Shown here piece by piece: positions 30,301-38,577 of a DNA stretch of 64,000 nt. The position numbers and the translations under genes were made by a program. Where the stretch lies: assembly GCA_965601925.1 (NCBI GenBank), contig OZ271854.1, positions 4,288,001 through 4,352,000 of the forward strand. The letters run 5' to 3'. Positions within the stretch are counted from its first letter, which is position 1. Each line of letters begins with the position of its first letter. The notes beneath the pieces are model-generated. The model was not told the origin of the DNA, did not search any database, and saw only the letters and a program-made list of their open reading frames with translations. Source of the stretch: Alkalispirochaeta sp. GTDB lineage: Bacteria > Spirochaetota > Spirochaetia > DSM-27196 > Alkalispirochaetaceae.

Positions 30301-33300
30301 ATGGTGGTGTCGATGTTCTCCGAGACCGACCGGTTCGCCTCGTCGATTCCGTCATCGACCGCTACGATGCTCTCGCGGATCTGTTCGTTCATCTGCAGCG
30401 CCGTGACCCGCATCGCGTGTTGTTGAATCTCCTCGCCCAGTGCGTCCGCCACGCCGCGAGCGCTCTCGGCGCTGTCGGTGGTCGACCGTACGCCGGGGAG
30501 GTAGGCCGCTATCACCACCGTCTCTCCGGCTCGCCCCGCCATCGCACCCGCGGCGCTGATCATATCGGTCAGGAGCGTATCGTCGGTCGCCTGCCGCACG
30601 GCGAGCTCGAGGTCGCCCGTTTCAATCGTCAGGTCCGGTACGGCGATCGCTTCGCTCCGCGCGATGAGGTACTCGGCGTCTAACCCCATTTGACGCGCCG
30701 CGGCCTCGCTTCCGGCGCGTACCGCGTGGTGCGTCGCGCCGTCGATCCATTCATCTCGGGATACGATGAGCGCTTCGTAACGCAGGTCCCACACCGCCGC
30801 CGCCTCGGCGTACTCTTCGGCGGTCTCTTCTTGAAAGCGTTTGCGCTGGCCCGCCAGACGGATGTATCCGTGATCCCACTCCTCGGCACCCGCGGCGACG
30901 AGGCTCTCCATCCTGTTGCTCCAGCTGTCGTGGCGCCGCGTCAGCGCCTCGTACTCGACGGTGAACTGGTGCACGTACTCCGTCTGTACGCTCGTCATGC
31001 GGGCTGCGGCGGCGTCGTAAATGTGGTTGGAAATAATCGAGAGTTGCACGGCGCGCGCCTCGTCGTTGGTGTTCGCCGGGTCGTCCGCAACGCTCTGGAG
31101 CGACGTAAGGCGGTATGCCATGTGGTCTGCGGTGTCGTAGGTTTGGCCGGCGAAGCGCGCGCGGGCGGCCACCTCCAGGTCCGCCTCGCTTACATCCTCG
31201 CCGCGCAGATAGCGGCCCAACACCTCTTCGTAGTTCACCTGATCGGTGTGTTGCTCGGTCTGCAGTTCGACGACGCGCACGTTCACCGCTTCGCCCGCTG
31301 CAACCATGTCGCGTGCCAGACGCTCCTGCGCCGCGGCCATGACCGAGAGGCTCGTCGCCGTTTCCGAGGCGTTGCCGGTCGCCACCACGTCGCGGATCGC
31401 CTGTTGGAGCCGCGCGGAGGTGCCCGCCACACCCGCCGCGGTCAGCGATGCAATGACCTCGTTTGCGTCGGGACGGTTTCCGGTAATGCGTGCTACATCG
31501 GCGGCCAATGTGTTCTGCTCACCGATGGTTCGACTCCCGTCGGCAAACAGCTGCATCGTGATCGATCTCTGATCCTTGCCCGACAGATCGGGGTCCTGGC
31601 GGCGCAGCTGCTTGATGCGCCGTCCCTCGCGCTTCTTTCCGGGTGAGCGGTACCACTTCGTCAAGCTCCGTTGCCGATCGCGCGCCTCGTCATCGACGAA
31701 GTCGTGCGCAATTTTTGACACGTCGTTGTTTATCGCCCTGACCTGTCTCTGGTCCAACTCGACCGGCCCGCCGCCCTCGGTCAGCATCGCAAAGAAGCGA
31801 TACGCGCCGCGACTCAAACTGGTCGCTCGGACTCGGTTGTAGGCGGCGCGCGTCCGCTGTTCCAGCTCCCAGTTCAACGTTCCCTCCCTGATCGTCAAAC
31901 CGGTATATCTATGAGTGTACGGATCCATTCGCACATTGGCCTTGTCCATCAACTTGACGAAGGTCTGATTGGTCAGAATCGACGCCTCACCCACGCGATG
32001 GTCGTCACCGCCGTACGATCCGGCGTAGTGGATCTCGTAATAGAGCGCCAAGCCCATGTCGTACAACGCGTTGCCGCCCAGTTGATTCATGGCGACCATC
32101 CACGAAGCCATATCGGTCGACAGATTCTCATCCCACTCTCCGGTGAAGTAGGTGTCGGCATCGAAACGGTCTGAATCGGAACTGATGCGCGCGGTGGAGA
32201 CGGAGTCGTAGTCCGGTGAGAAGGAGTACGCGCCGGTGACGAGTTGCGAGGCGGTACGTGCAATCGATGCACGGCTGGCCTGAAGCGCGCCTTCGGCCTC
32301 GGCGGTTTGCCGACCCAACGTCTCGCTCGCCACCGCTCCCTCTTGGTAGGCGTTCATGGTCTCCGCTTCGGTGCTCACCAGATCGACGTACTCGTCGTCG
32401 CGAGTGGCGTCGGTCACCTCATCGGCGTTCGCCACCACCAGCGCCAGCGCGGTGCGGGTGCGTTCCAGCTCGGCTGTGCGTTCGGCCACCACCGCTGCAG
32501 GGTCGATTTCGGCGGTCATGTACCCGGTACGCGCGTAGTCCATGATCTCCTCGGCTTCCTGCATCGCGCGACGCGTATCGGTGTAGGCCAGCTGCGCGGC
32601 GTCGACGTCCGCCGCTCTCTCCTCGTAGGTAGTCACGGCGGCTTCGAACGCTGCGATCGCACCATCGTACTCTCGGCGCGCACCATTCACCGCCTGTCGT
32701 TGGCGTTCCACGTCGTCGCGCAACGGCTCGACCACGTCGATCACGTATTGCTCGATATTGCTCTGGAATGCGTTCTTCACCTCGTAGGTGTCAGCCAAAT
32801 CGACCAACGCCCCCAAATACGTCGCTTCGGCACCGAGAAACATACGGCGTTCCTCCGCCCGCCGCTCGTATGCCGACTCCTCGGCGACCACCGTGGTGAC
32901 ATCATCGGCGTCTTCGGCATCGAGCGTCGCGACTGCGTCGTCGATGACATCGATTACCGACGAGCTGTCTATGCCGCCGATGACTTCCGATGCGGTCGTT
33001 AAGTGGTGATAGGTACTCTGCGCCGAGTCGTCCAACAATCCCCGAAGCCATACCGCGCCGGCGTTCCGCACCGCCAGCACGTCGTACTCCGCGCGAAGCG
33101 TCGCGACGCTCGCCGGGTCGTGACTCCCGCCGACAGCGGCGGCGGCCGCCTCGCGTTCCATCTCGGTCGCCTCGGGACTCTCAAGCGTATACAGCGCCCC
33201 CTCCAACGCCTCGAGACGCACGCCGTTCTCGGCCGCGCCGACGAATGCAACGTTCGCACTCCCACCGGCCTCGGCGATACGCGCCTGAGTGTAGACGCCT

Positions 33301-36300
33301 AATAGGTCAACTACCGCCGTCGGTACGTGGTCCAGTGCGATCAGTTCCTCGTACATCGCGCGTAGCTCGCCGATCGTGGGTTCGGGTGTATCGGGTGTGT
33401 CGATGTTCACCAGAGGCGCGACGATCAGCTCAACCTGGAGCTGGTAGGCCACGGTATACGAACGCAGCGTGCTGATAGATACATCTTCAAAGGCGTTCCA
33501 CGCCTCCTGAGCCTCCTGCATATACGTTAGACGAACACGCTCTGGTCTTATGAGATCGTCAATCAAGACCGAGTAGTCCGTTGCAAAGTCGACGTCGCGC
33601 TCTCCGGTTCGAAACACCAGAATCGCGGTCCGCGCCTCTTCGGAATCACCGACGATTGTCGCCTCATCGATCGCCACCGCACCGGGGTCGAACACGATGT
33701 ACGCCACGCCGGGGGGCGGCTCGCCGAGCCCCGTCCCGTCTCCGACGATATAGACCGTGCCGATCGTCGGGTCCGCCGGGATCCCGCCGGCGTCCGCGAC
33801 CTCCACCACCACCGGATCGTCCGGCGCCGGCGGAAGCCCCGCATCGATCGCCGCCGCGCGTGCCTCGTCGTACGCCGTAGCGATCGCATCCTGCCTCGCC
33901 GTCGCGATAGCTTCGCTCTCAGCGGTCACCAGTGCCTCATAGTGCTCCTGAATCGCCAGCCGTGCGGCGTCCTCCGCGCTGTGCAACGCCGTCTGCGCGT
34001 CGGCAATATCCTCGCCGTGGAACGTTTCTAAGGCGTCGATCTCTTCCTGGTACAACCACGTTTGCTCTTCGGTGTATACGCGCCCTTCCAGCACATCGAT
34101 CGCGTACTCCGTGCGCGCCACATCCAGTCGCGCCCGATCGGCGAGATCGGCCAGCATGCGCTCGGCCGACAACTCGCGCAGACGACGCTCCGCGCTGCCT
34201 TCGCCTACCGCCAAGGCAGAATCGATCGCCGCCACAAGGTCGAGATACGCCGGCGCACCGGCATCCAGCCCCGCGTCGGTGACGGACTGGGTGAATCCAT
34301 CCGCCGTTACCGTCGTCCAATCGATCGACAAGCTCTCCAACGCTTCCACCGCGGTCGTCAACTCGGTCAAATCGGTGTATTCGTCGGTCTCCGCCTCTTC
34401 GTGCCCCGCCAGGTCGGCGGCGATCTCCATCGCCGTCTGCCACCGATCGGCGGCCAACGCGTCTGCGTCCGCTTGGGCGTACGTCTCGGCCCCGGCATCG
34501 CGCCCTTCACCGGCATGCCCTACTGCAGCGTCTTCCAGCGCCTCGATCAGGTTGTCGTAGACCCCGGCGTCCTGGAGCCGCCGCGCCTCCTCGGCCGCCG
34601 CCAACTCGGCGGTCAACCGGTCCAACTCCGCCTCCGCGATGTTCAACGCATTTTGCTTCTCCGCCAAGGCGGTTTGGACGCTCGGCAGCACCGTGTTGGT
34701 TATCGCCTCAAGTTCCCCGATCGCCGCCAAAAACGCCGCTTCGGCATCCTCGAACGCCGCCACCTCCGCGGCGTAGCGCGCCTCGGTCTCGGCCAATGTG
34801 GCGCGGTCCGAGGAGGTATCCGCCGCGTATGCGGCCACCGCCTCGGCGATCGCGAGCTGGCTCTCTAATGACTCGACCATACCGTTCAGACGAGCGATCT
34901 CCACCTCGCCGGAGCTCAACGCCGCCCCGTAGGTGTCCAGCGCGCCGAACATCCCGTGTAGATCGGCCTGCGCCTCGTCGCGCATCAGCTCGAAATCCGC
35001 GAGCACTCCGCCTGCTCCATCGGGTCCACGCCAGTACGCCAACTCCCGATTCACCGACGCCAGATTCTCGTCGATCATCCCGAGCTGCACGTCGATCAGA
35101 TTGATATCCATCACGATGCCGGCGATCGGCGCTTGGCGATCGTGCCGGGTCACTCCCAATCGCCCCTGCAGCCATGCGACCCACGCTCCCTGATGTGCGG
35201 CGCCCTGCACATAGTTTTTCAGCCGCCTATTCCGCTCGAAGGCGGTTTCGTTGCGAGTACGCTCGTCGGTGTCGCCGTTACTCTGTTTGTAGGTGTATTC
35301 GATTACGCGCGCCGGAAGCACCGACGGGTTGTATCCTTGGAGAAAGTCCTCTACGAGACCGTCGTTCTCCTCGTGCCCTCCGTCGGCAAAGGCGTGGTAC
35401 CGCGCGTTCGCAATCGCGCGCTCTCTATTTGTGCGTTGATCACGGTAGGTCGTCCGGTCCCCTTCCAGGACCTCCTTCATTCCTTCCAGCGCGGCGATGT
35501 TCTCTTCCGCCATCGCCACCACGTCGGCCGCTTGGCGATACACCGCCAGATAGGCGTCCGACTCGGCGCGTACTTTGGCCAGCTCCTCTTCCGACGCACG
35601 CGCAAGTTCAATCATCGTCTCACTGAACGCGGCGTCAAACGATGCCGTCGTCCGTGCCCACGCGTCCTCACCCTCGCGCCAGACCGACTCCATCTCCGCG
35701 ATCCAGCCCGAACGTGCCACGGTGAACTCGTCCAACGCCTCGTCCCACGCCGCCTCCGCCTCGCGATACTGCTCCTGCGCCTCCGACTCCCACGCCATCC
35801 GTTCGGCGATAAATCGCTCCTCGGCACCGTTCCACGCACTCAATCCCCGCGCAAACTCCGCCTCAAAGCTCTCCTGCCACGCCTCCGCCTCTATCCGCGC
35901 CTCGCCCACATCCGCGTCACCCTCCGGTACCAACGCCGCCAGATGCGCGCTCACCTCGTCCAACCTCACCTGCGTGTCGCGAATCAACCGCCCCGCCGTC
36001 GACCGCGCCGTCTCCTCCTCCGCCTGCCGCCGCATGCTGTAGCTGTCCTGCAACCGCCCCTGCGCCAGCCGCCGGCTCGATCGTATCACCTGCGACCGAA
36101 ACTCCCGCTCGATATGCGCCTTGTACTCGCCCACCGATACCGCCAGCTCGCTCGCCACCCTCTCCCGCACCGCGCCCTCAAACGTTCCCAACACCTCCGT
36201 CGCCGTCGCCTCCGCGCTCGCTTCCCACGCCGTGTACAACGCCGCAAACGCATCCTCGACCTCCGCCTCCCACGCCGCCGCGGCCGCCTCGTATCCCTCC

Positions 36301-36689
36301 GCACCCTGCAGGATCACATCCCCCGCCTCGTCGAAGGTGTACTCACCCCCGCCGTCGGTCTCGTACAGATATCGCCGATTCGCCGCATCGATCGCGCGCC
36401 GCAGCCCCGCCGCGTCGAACCGCGCCACCGACCGCTCCCATTCCGCCTCGACCACCCGGCCCAGACTCGCCGCCCACCGGTCGCCCAAGGCCGCCGTCTC
36501 CCACTCGTCCAGTCCCCCCAGGCCGATCCCCGTCACCGCCTGCCACTCCGCGATGCTCCCGCTGCGACTCGCCCGCTCGTACACCCCTTCGCCGACGACG
36601 TGATCGCCCGTCTCAACGTCGTCCGGCATCTGTCCGACGACCGTTCCCGTGCATGCCGCGATCAGTACTGCGATTCCTATTCGTCTCAT
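27336..36689 (-). CDS. Giant (3117 aa) exported coiled-coil protein with HExxH metallopeptidase motif; candidate polymorphic toxin
   Basis: Uninterrupted 9.35-kb ORF with RBS (GAGAGGA), N-terminal signal peptide, long Ala/Glu helical body, hydrophobic Gly/Ala helices and HEGTH at aa 2720-2724. The CDS is secure but the function is inferred. Confidence 0.85.
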   Translation of the reverse strand: MRRIGIAVLIAACTGTVVGQMPDDVETGDHVVGEGVYERASRSGSIAEWQAVTGIGLGGLDEWETAALGDRWAASLGRVVEAEWERSVARFDAAGLRRAIDAANRRYLYETDGGGEYTFDEAGDVILQGAEGYEAAAAAWEAEVEDAFAALYTAWEASAEATATEVLGTFEGAVRERVASELAVSVGEYKAHIEREFRSQVIRSSRRLAQGRLQDSYSMRRQAEEETARSTAGRLIRDTQVRLDEVSAHLAALVPEGDADVGEARIEAEAWQESFEAEFARGLSAWNGAEERFIAERMAWESEAQEQYREAEAAWDEALDEFTVARSGWIAEMESVWREGEDAWARTTASFDAAFSETMIELARASEEELAKVRAESDAYLAVYRQAADVVAMAEENIAALEGMKEVLEGDRTTYRDQRTNRERAIANARYHAFADGGHEENDGLVEDFLQGYNPSVLPARVIEYTYKQSNGDTDERTRNETAFERNRRLKNYVQGAAHQGAWVAWLQGRLGVTRHDRQAPIAGIVMDINLIDVQLGMIDENLASVNRELAYWRGPDGAGGVLADFELMRDEAQADLHGMFGALDTYGAALSSGEVEIARLNGMVESLESQLAIAEAVAAYAADTSSDRATLAETEARYAAEVAAFEDAEAAFLAAIGELEAITNTVLPSVQTALAEKQNALNIAEAELDRLTAELAAAEEARRLQDAGVYDNLIEALEDAAVGHAGEGRDAGAETYAQADADALAADRWQTAMEIAADLAGHEEAETDEYTDLTELTTAVEALESLSIDWTTVTADGFTQSVTDAGLDAGAPAYLDLVAAIDSALAVGEGSAERRLRELSAERMLADLADRARLDVARTEYAIDVLEGRVYTEEQTWLYQEEIDALETFHGEDIADAQTALHSAEDAARLAIQEHYEALVTAESEAIATARQDAIATAYDEARAAAIDAGLPPAPDDPVVVEVADAGGIPADPTIGTVYIVGDGTGLGEPPPGVAYIVFDPGAVAIDEATIVGDSEEARTAILVFRTGERDVDFATDYSVLIDDLIRPERVRLTYMQEAQEAWNAFEDVSISTLRSYTVAYQLQVELIVAPLVNIDTPDTPEPTIGELRAMYEELIALDHVPTAVVDLLGVYTQARIAEAGGSANVAFVGAAENGVRLEALEGALYTLESPEATEMEREAAAAAVGGSHDPASVATLRAEYDVLAVRNAGAVWLRGLLDDSAQSTYHHLTTASEVIGGIDSSSVIDVIDDAVATLDAEDADDVTTVVAEESAYERRAEERRMFLGAEATYLGALVDLADTYEVKNAFQSNIEQYVIDVVEPLRDDVERQRQAVNGARREYDGAIAAFEAAVTTYEERAADVDAAQLAYTDTRRAMQEAEEIMDYARTGYMTAEIDPAAVVAERTAELERTRTALALVVANADEVTDATRDDEYVDLVSTEAETMNAYQEGAVASETLGRQTAEAEGALQASRASIARTASQLVTGAYSFSPDYDSVSTARISSDSDRFDADTYFTGEWDENLSTDMASWMVAMNQLGGNALYDMGLALYYEIHYAGSYGGDDHRVGEASILTNQTFVKLMDKANVRMDPYTHRYTGLTIREGTLNWELEQRTRAAYNRVRATSLSRGAYRFFAMLTEGGGPVELDQRQVRAINNDVSKIAHDFVDDEARDRQRSLTKWYRSPGKKREGRRIKQLRRQDPDLSGKDQRSITMQLFADGSRTIGEQNTLAADVARITGNRPDANEVIASLTAAGVAGTSARLQQAIRDVVATGNASETATSLSVMAAAQERLARDMVAAGEAVNVRVVELQTEQHTDQVNYEEVLGRYLRGEDVSEADLEVAARARFAGQTYDTADHMAYRLTSLQSVADDPANTNDEARAVQLSIISNHIYDAAAARMTSVQTEYVHQFTVEYEALTRRHDSWSNRMESLVAAGAEEWDHGYIRLAGQRKRFQEETAEEYAEAAAVWDLRYEALIVSRDEWIDGATHHAVRAGSEAAARQMGLDAEYLIARSEAIAVPDLTIETGDLELAVRQATDDTLLTDMISAAGAMAGRAGETVVIAAYLPGVRSTTDSAESARGVADALGEEIQQHAMRVTALQMNEQIRESIVAVDDGIDEANRSVSENIDTTMERAGYRLSGREWNRRVIIDETLFGGIERETHRVEDYRDFTVPVFEATVDLSEEALDGLSSRGIRAMIDAAYEEMERYQILIFGRSEAQKTDGAAVMSIEELNGALADRFAAVEASWTRAAGYNRTRENEESGEEEYLHHDTEGLFNYHVGYAPVMKTNKPEEVREAGYGEMGRIMEDFYRNEARVGRGLAMIDVPLHRMRMWDDDADNDGNPDGLFGAPNITTVTSVAVGIATGGAGFGAVLASVATNAVFTMADVATGYADADDAFGSFAKSTAVSLATAGVGYGFDKLGTAATAAVEGSKAITQTAVNVGMSTAQAVTTTAVSSAINSFSIDGDWDVDFDERGFRRATFGESAVAGYAGGAAQGFVNGTLENFLTTDGIGDKLAGNTFDLRALSSAARLTASGIGAATDYLIDGSTSLSILDARIFNRRAPGEVPAATDGTFVTGLERKGLSGGLINLQLGGNGALFGVGGGSYDVGVDLVGQSLAGIGDIARVTGAKVGGALGTQRGRENRAILNGVNRLGYTNIENNHLTADALWNRELQADFRDLEGDALGMYDAGSGSDRVVFDESFLANDTDTASKLAAVMSHEGTHVAGNAIEGVAYVFQAETYSQLVAHGLANDTEFLAETYMQVGTTENWQINDQSQPQYARPFTAEQARETGYAGVYPTLDAVPEPIENFFNVTLGGDARNVSTWFANIRGREHHRHVSAAPLSDEQIAHNALVSGVSIAATLVTAGLSRTLTTATALATTASTAAITAQAARVTSAFATSYTAANEIFDLFTLPEGETSWHHESGRDNTIFGLAEEAEIDLAFAIEPGMRDAHIEELGEVGSSRYRWLGDRIYEDGITDPDELNLLFHGGHMKDTDIVGEEYDPDTLLPTYPGVEMDQYIEVPGYVDFESLNAGTQALTGLTSSSWLREYTETMNMANLKVQSGYRYSSLMSPDYLEDLYRINNDPLTRPTYQDIADADQWVRDYEELISGLLEN

Positions 36690-36925
36690 CTTCGTCCTCT
36701 CTCTATCGCTCGTCGTCGTCTCGGCCGACCGGCCTTCCCGCGTGCGTCCGTCGCACTACGATCGAACGCACCCTCCGCCCACGCCGCACCGGCGTCGCGC
36801 GGAGCATGCGCCCGTCGAAATCCTGGGATCACTCGAGATGGTCCTATCGCCTCCACGCGCACCACACGCTCACCGAGCCCGTGCCGCACCGTATACGGAG
36901 ATTTCACTGTGTTTGACTTGCTTTC

Positions 36926-36934
36926 ACTATATCA
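36926..36934 (-). promoter_or_regulatory. Extended -10 promoter element for the giant gene
   Basis: TGaTATAGT on the minus strand inside an AT-rich intergenic patch (36900-37050), about 230 nt upstream of the ATG. Confidence 0.5.
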
Positions 36935-37374
36935 CATCGCGCGTCTGAATAAAAGGAATACCAACACAATAACTGCTGATCACTCGTTATGTATCCAATA
37001 ATGTAATTCATGGCGCCAAACAATCATTCTCTATTGGATGCGGCGAACCTACTCTTTCGCTTCTCGATAATGCAGGTTGATGAGGGGGTGCCCGGTCGTC
37101 GGTGAGCGCTGCCGTTCGATCGCGGGGGAGTGTCGCAGAGGATGCCTTGTCCTATCACGGATGGGTGGCGATCGGGGCGTCAATGAATCGTGCCCGTTCC
37201 GTTCGCGATGCAACCGCCGCCGTCGGAGAGATGAAAAGAGAGCGTGAGTCGGACCGCTCCCGACGAAAATATTCTTGACGCGTAGGTGAATAAATATCGA
37301 AACCATCGCCTCGCGGGTTGATTTTCGCACGCCTTTTGCGCACTTTAAGAGCAAGAACATACAAGGAGGAAGGT

Positions 37375-38382
37375 ATGCGCAAGATTTTGCTGGCAGGAGT
37401 CATATTCTGTCTCGTTACCGGTTTCGTCATGGCCGGGGGCCAAGGGGAGGCCGACGACGGACCGCGTTTCGTGACGATTGGAACCGGCGGTGTAACCGGC
37501 GTCTACTACCCGACCGGCGGCGCGATTAGCCGCATGGTAAACGCCAGAAGCGACGAGTACGGTATTCGCGCGTCGGTAGAGTCCACCGGAGGAAGCGTAT
37601 TCAATATCAATGCGGTGCTCGCCGGAGATCTCGAGTTCGGCATCGCACAATCCGACAGGCAGTACCAGGCACTCAACGGCATGGCCGAATGGGACGGCAA
37701 TCCCCAGGACAGACTGCGATCGGTCTTCACCATTCATCCTGAGGCGATCACGTTGATTGCATCGGTCGACAGCGGTATCGAGACGGTCGCGGACCTCGAA
37801 GGTATGCGTGTGAACATCGGCAACCCCGGTTCGGGACAGCTGCAGAACTCCCTCGATGTGCTCGGCGCCTTCGGGCTCTCCCAGGATGATGTTCAGGCGG
37901 AGCAGGTCGGCGCGGTTGAGGCTCCGAGTCTCCTGCAGGACGGCCGAATCGACGCGTTTTTCTACACCGTCGGTCACCCGAACGGAAACATCACCGAAGC
38001 GACCAGCGGCCGTATCGGCGTACGAATCGTAGACATCACCGGCGGCGACATCGACGCTCTTTTGGCGCGTCTGCCGTACTACGCCGTCGCCCAGATTCCG
38101 GCGCGGTTCTATCCCCAGGCGGCCAACACGGGGGATGCAACGACCGTCGGTGTTAAGGCGACCTTCGTTACCTCCGCCGACGTTCCCGACGATGTGGTGT
38201 ATGCGATCACCAAGGAGGTCTTCGACAACCTGGAAGACTTCAAGTCGCTGCATCCGGCCTACGCGGTACTCACTGCGGAGAATATGCTGGAAGGTATGTC
38301 GGCACCGCTTCATCCCGGAGCCGTCCGGTACTACGAAGAGGCGGGCATGATCGATATGATAAATCCCGACCTTCTCAACTAG
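37375..38382 (+). CDS. TAXI-family TRAP transporter solute-binding protein
   Basis: Strong RBS AAGGAGG, IGTGGVTGVYYPTGG, STGGSVFN and PLHPGAVRYY. Confidence 0.93.
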   Translation: MRKILLAGVIFCLVTGFVMAGGQGEADDGPRFVTIGTGGVTGVYYPTGGAISRMVNARSDEYGIRASVESTGGSVFNINAVLAGDLEFGIAQSDRQYQALNGMAEWDGNPQDRLRSVFTIHPEAITLIASVDSGIETVADLEGMRVNIGNPGSGQLQNSLDVLGAFGLSQDDVQAEQVGAVEAPSLLQDGRIDAFFYTVGHPNGNITEATSGRIGVRIVDITGGDIDALLARLPYYAVAQIPARFYPQAANTGDATTVGVKATFVTSADVPDDVVYAITKEVFDNLEDFKSLHPAYAVLTAENMLEGMSAPLHPGAVRYYEEAGMIDMINPDLLN

Positions 38383-38410
38383 AAATTCGGACACCGTTCG
38401 CTTTTCCAAG

Positions 38411-38451
38411 AGCGGGCGCGCGACGCCACGTCCGGTGTCACGCGCCCGTTT
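38411..38451 (+). terminator. Stem-loop after the TAXI binding-protein gene (terminator or mRNA-stabilising hairpin)
   Basis: AGCGGGCGCGCGACGCC / GGTGTCACGCGCCCGTTT inverted repeat with only a short T run. Confidence 0.55.
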
Positions 38452-38577
38452 GTCACATTAAACGGGGGGAGGCACCTCGCGACGCTCCTCCGGAGTCATC
38501 GAACATGCACCGTAACGCTTTACCAAGAGAAAGACTCAGCGTGACCTCGAGGGTTTTGAGAGGTGCCGGAGGGATTC

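Noticed and set aside
27336..36689. Giant protein as a prophage tape-measure gene
   Set aside because: No phage structural genes nearby, and it carries an export signal; only the repeat periodicity is reminiscent.
35133..37001. 622-aa plus-strand ORF opposite the giant gene
   Set aside because: Arg/Pro/Leu-rich shadow frame caused by GCG/GAG codon bias on the coding strand; no protein-like features.
37049..37360. 103-aa minus-strand ORF upstream of TAXI
   Set aside because: It overlaps the TAXI promoter region, has atypical composition and shows no recognisable motif.
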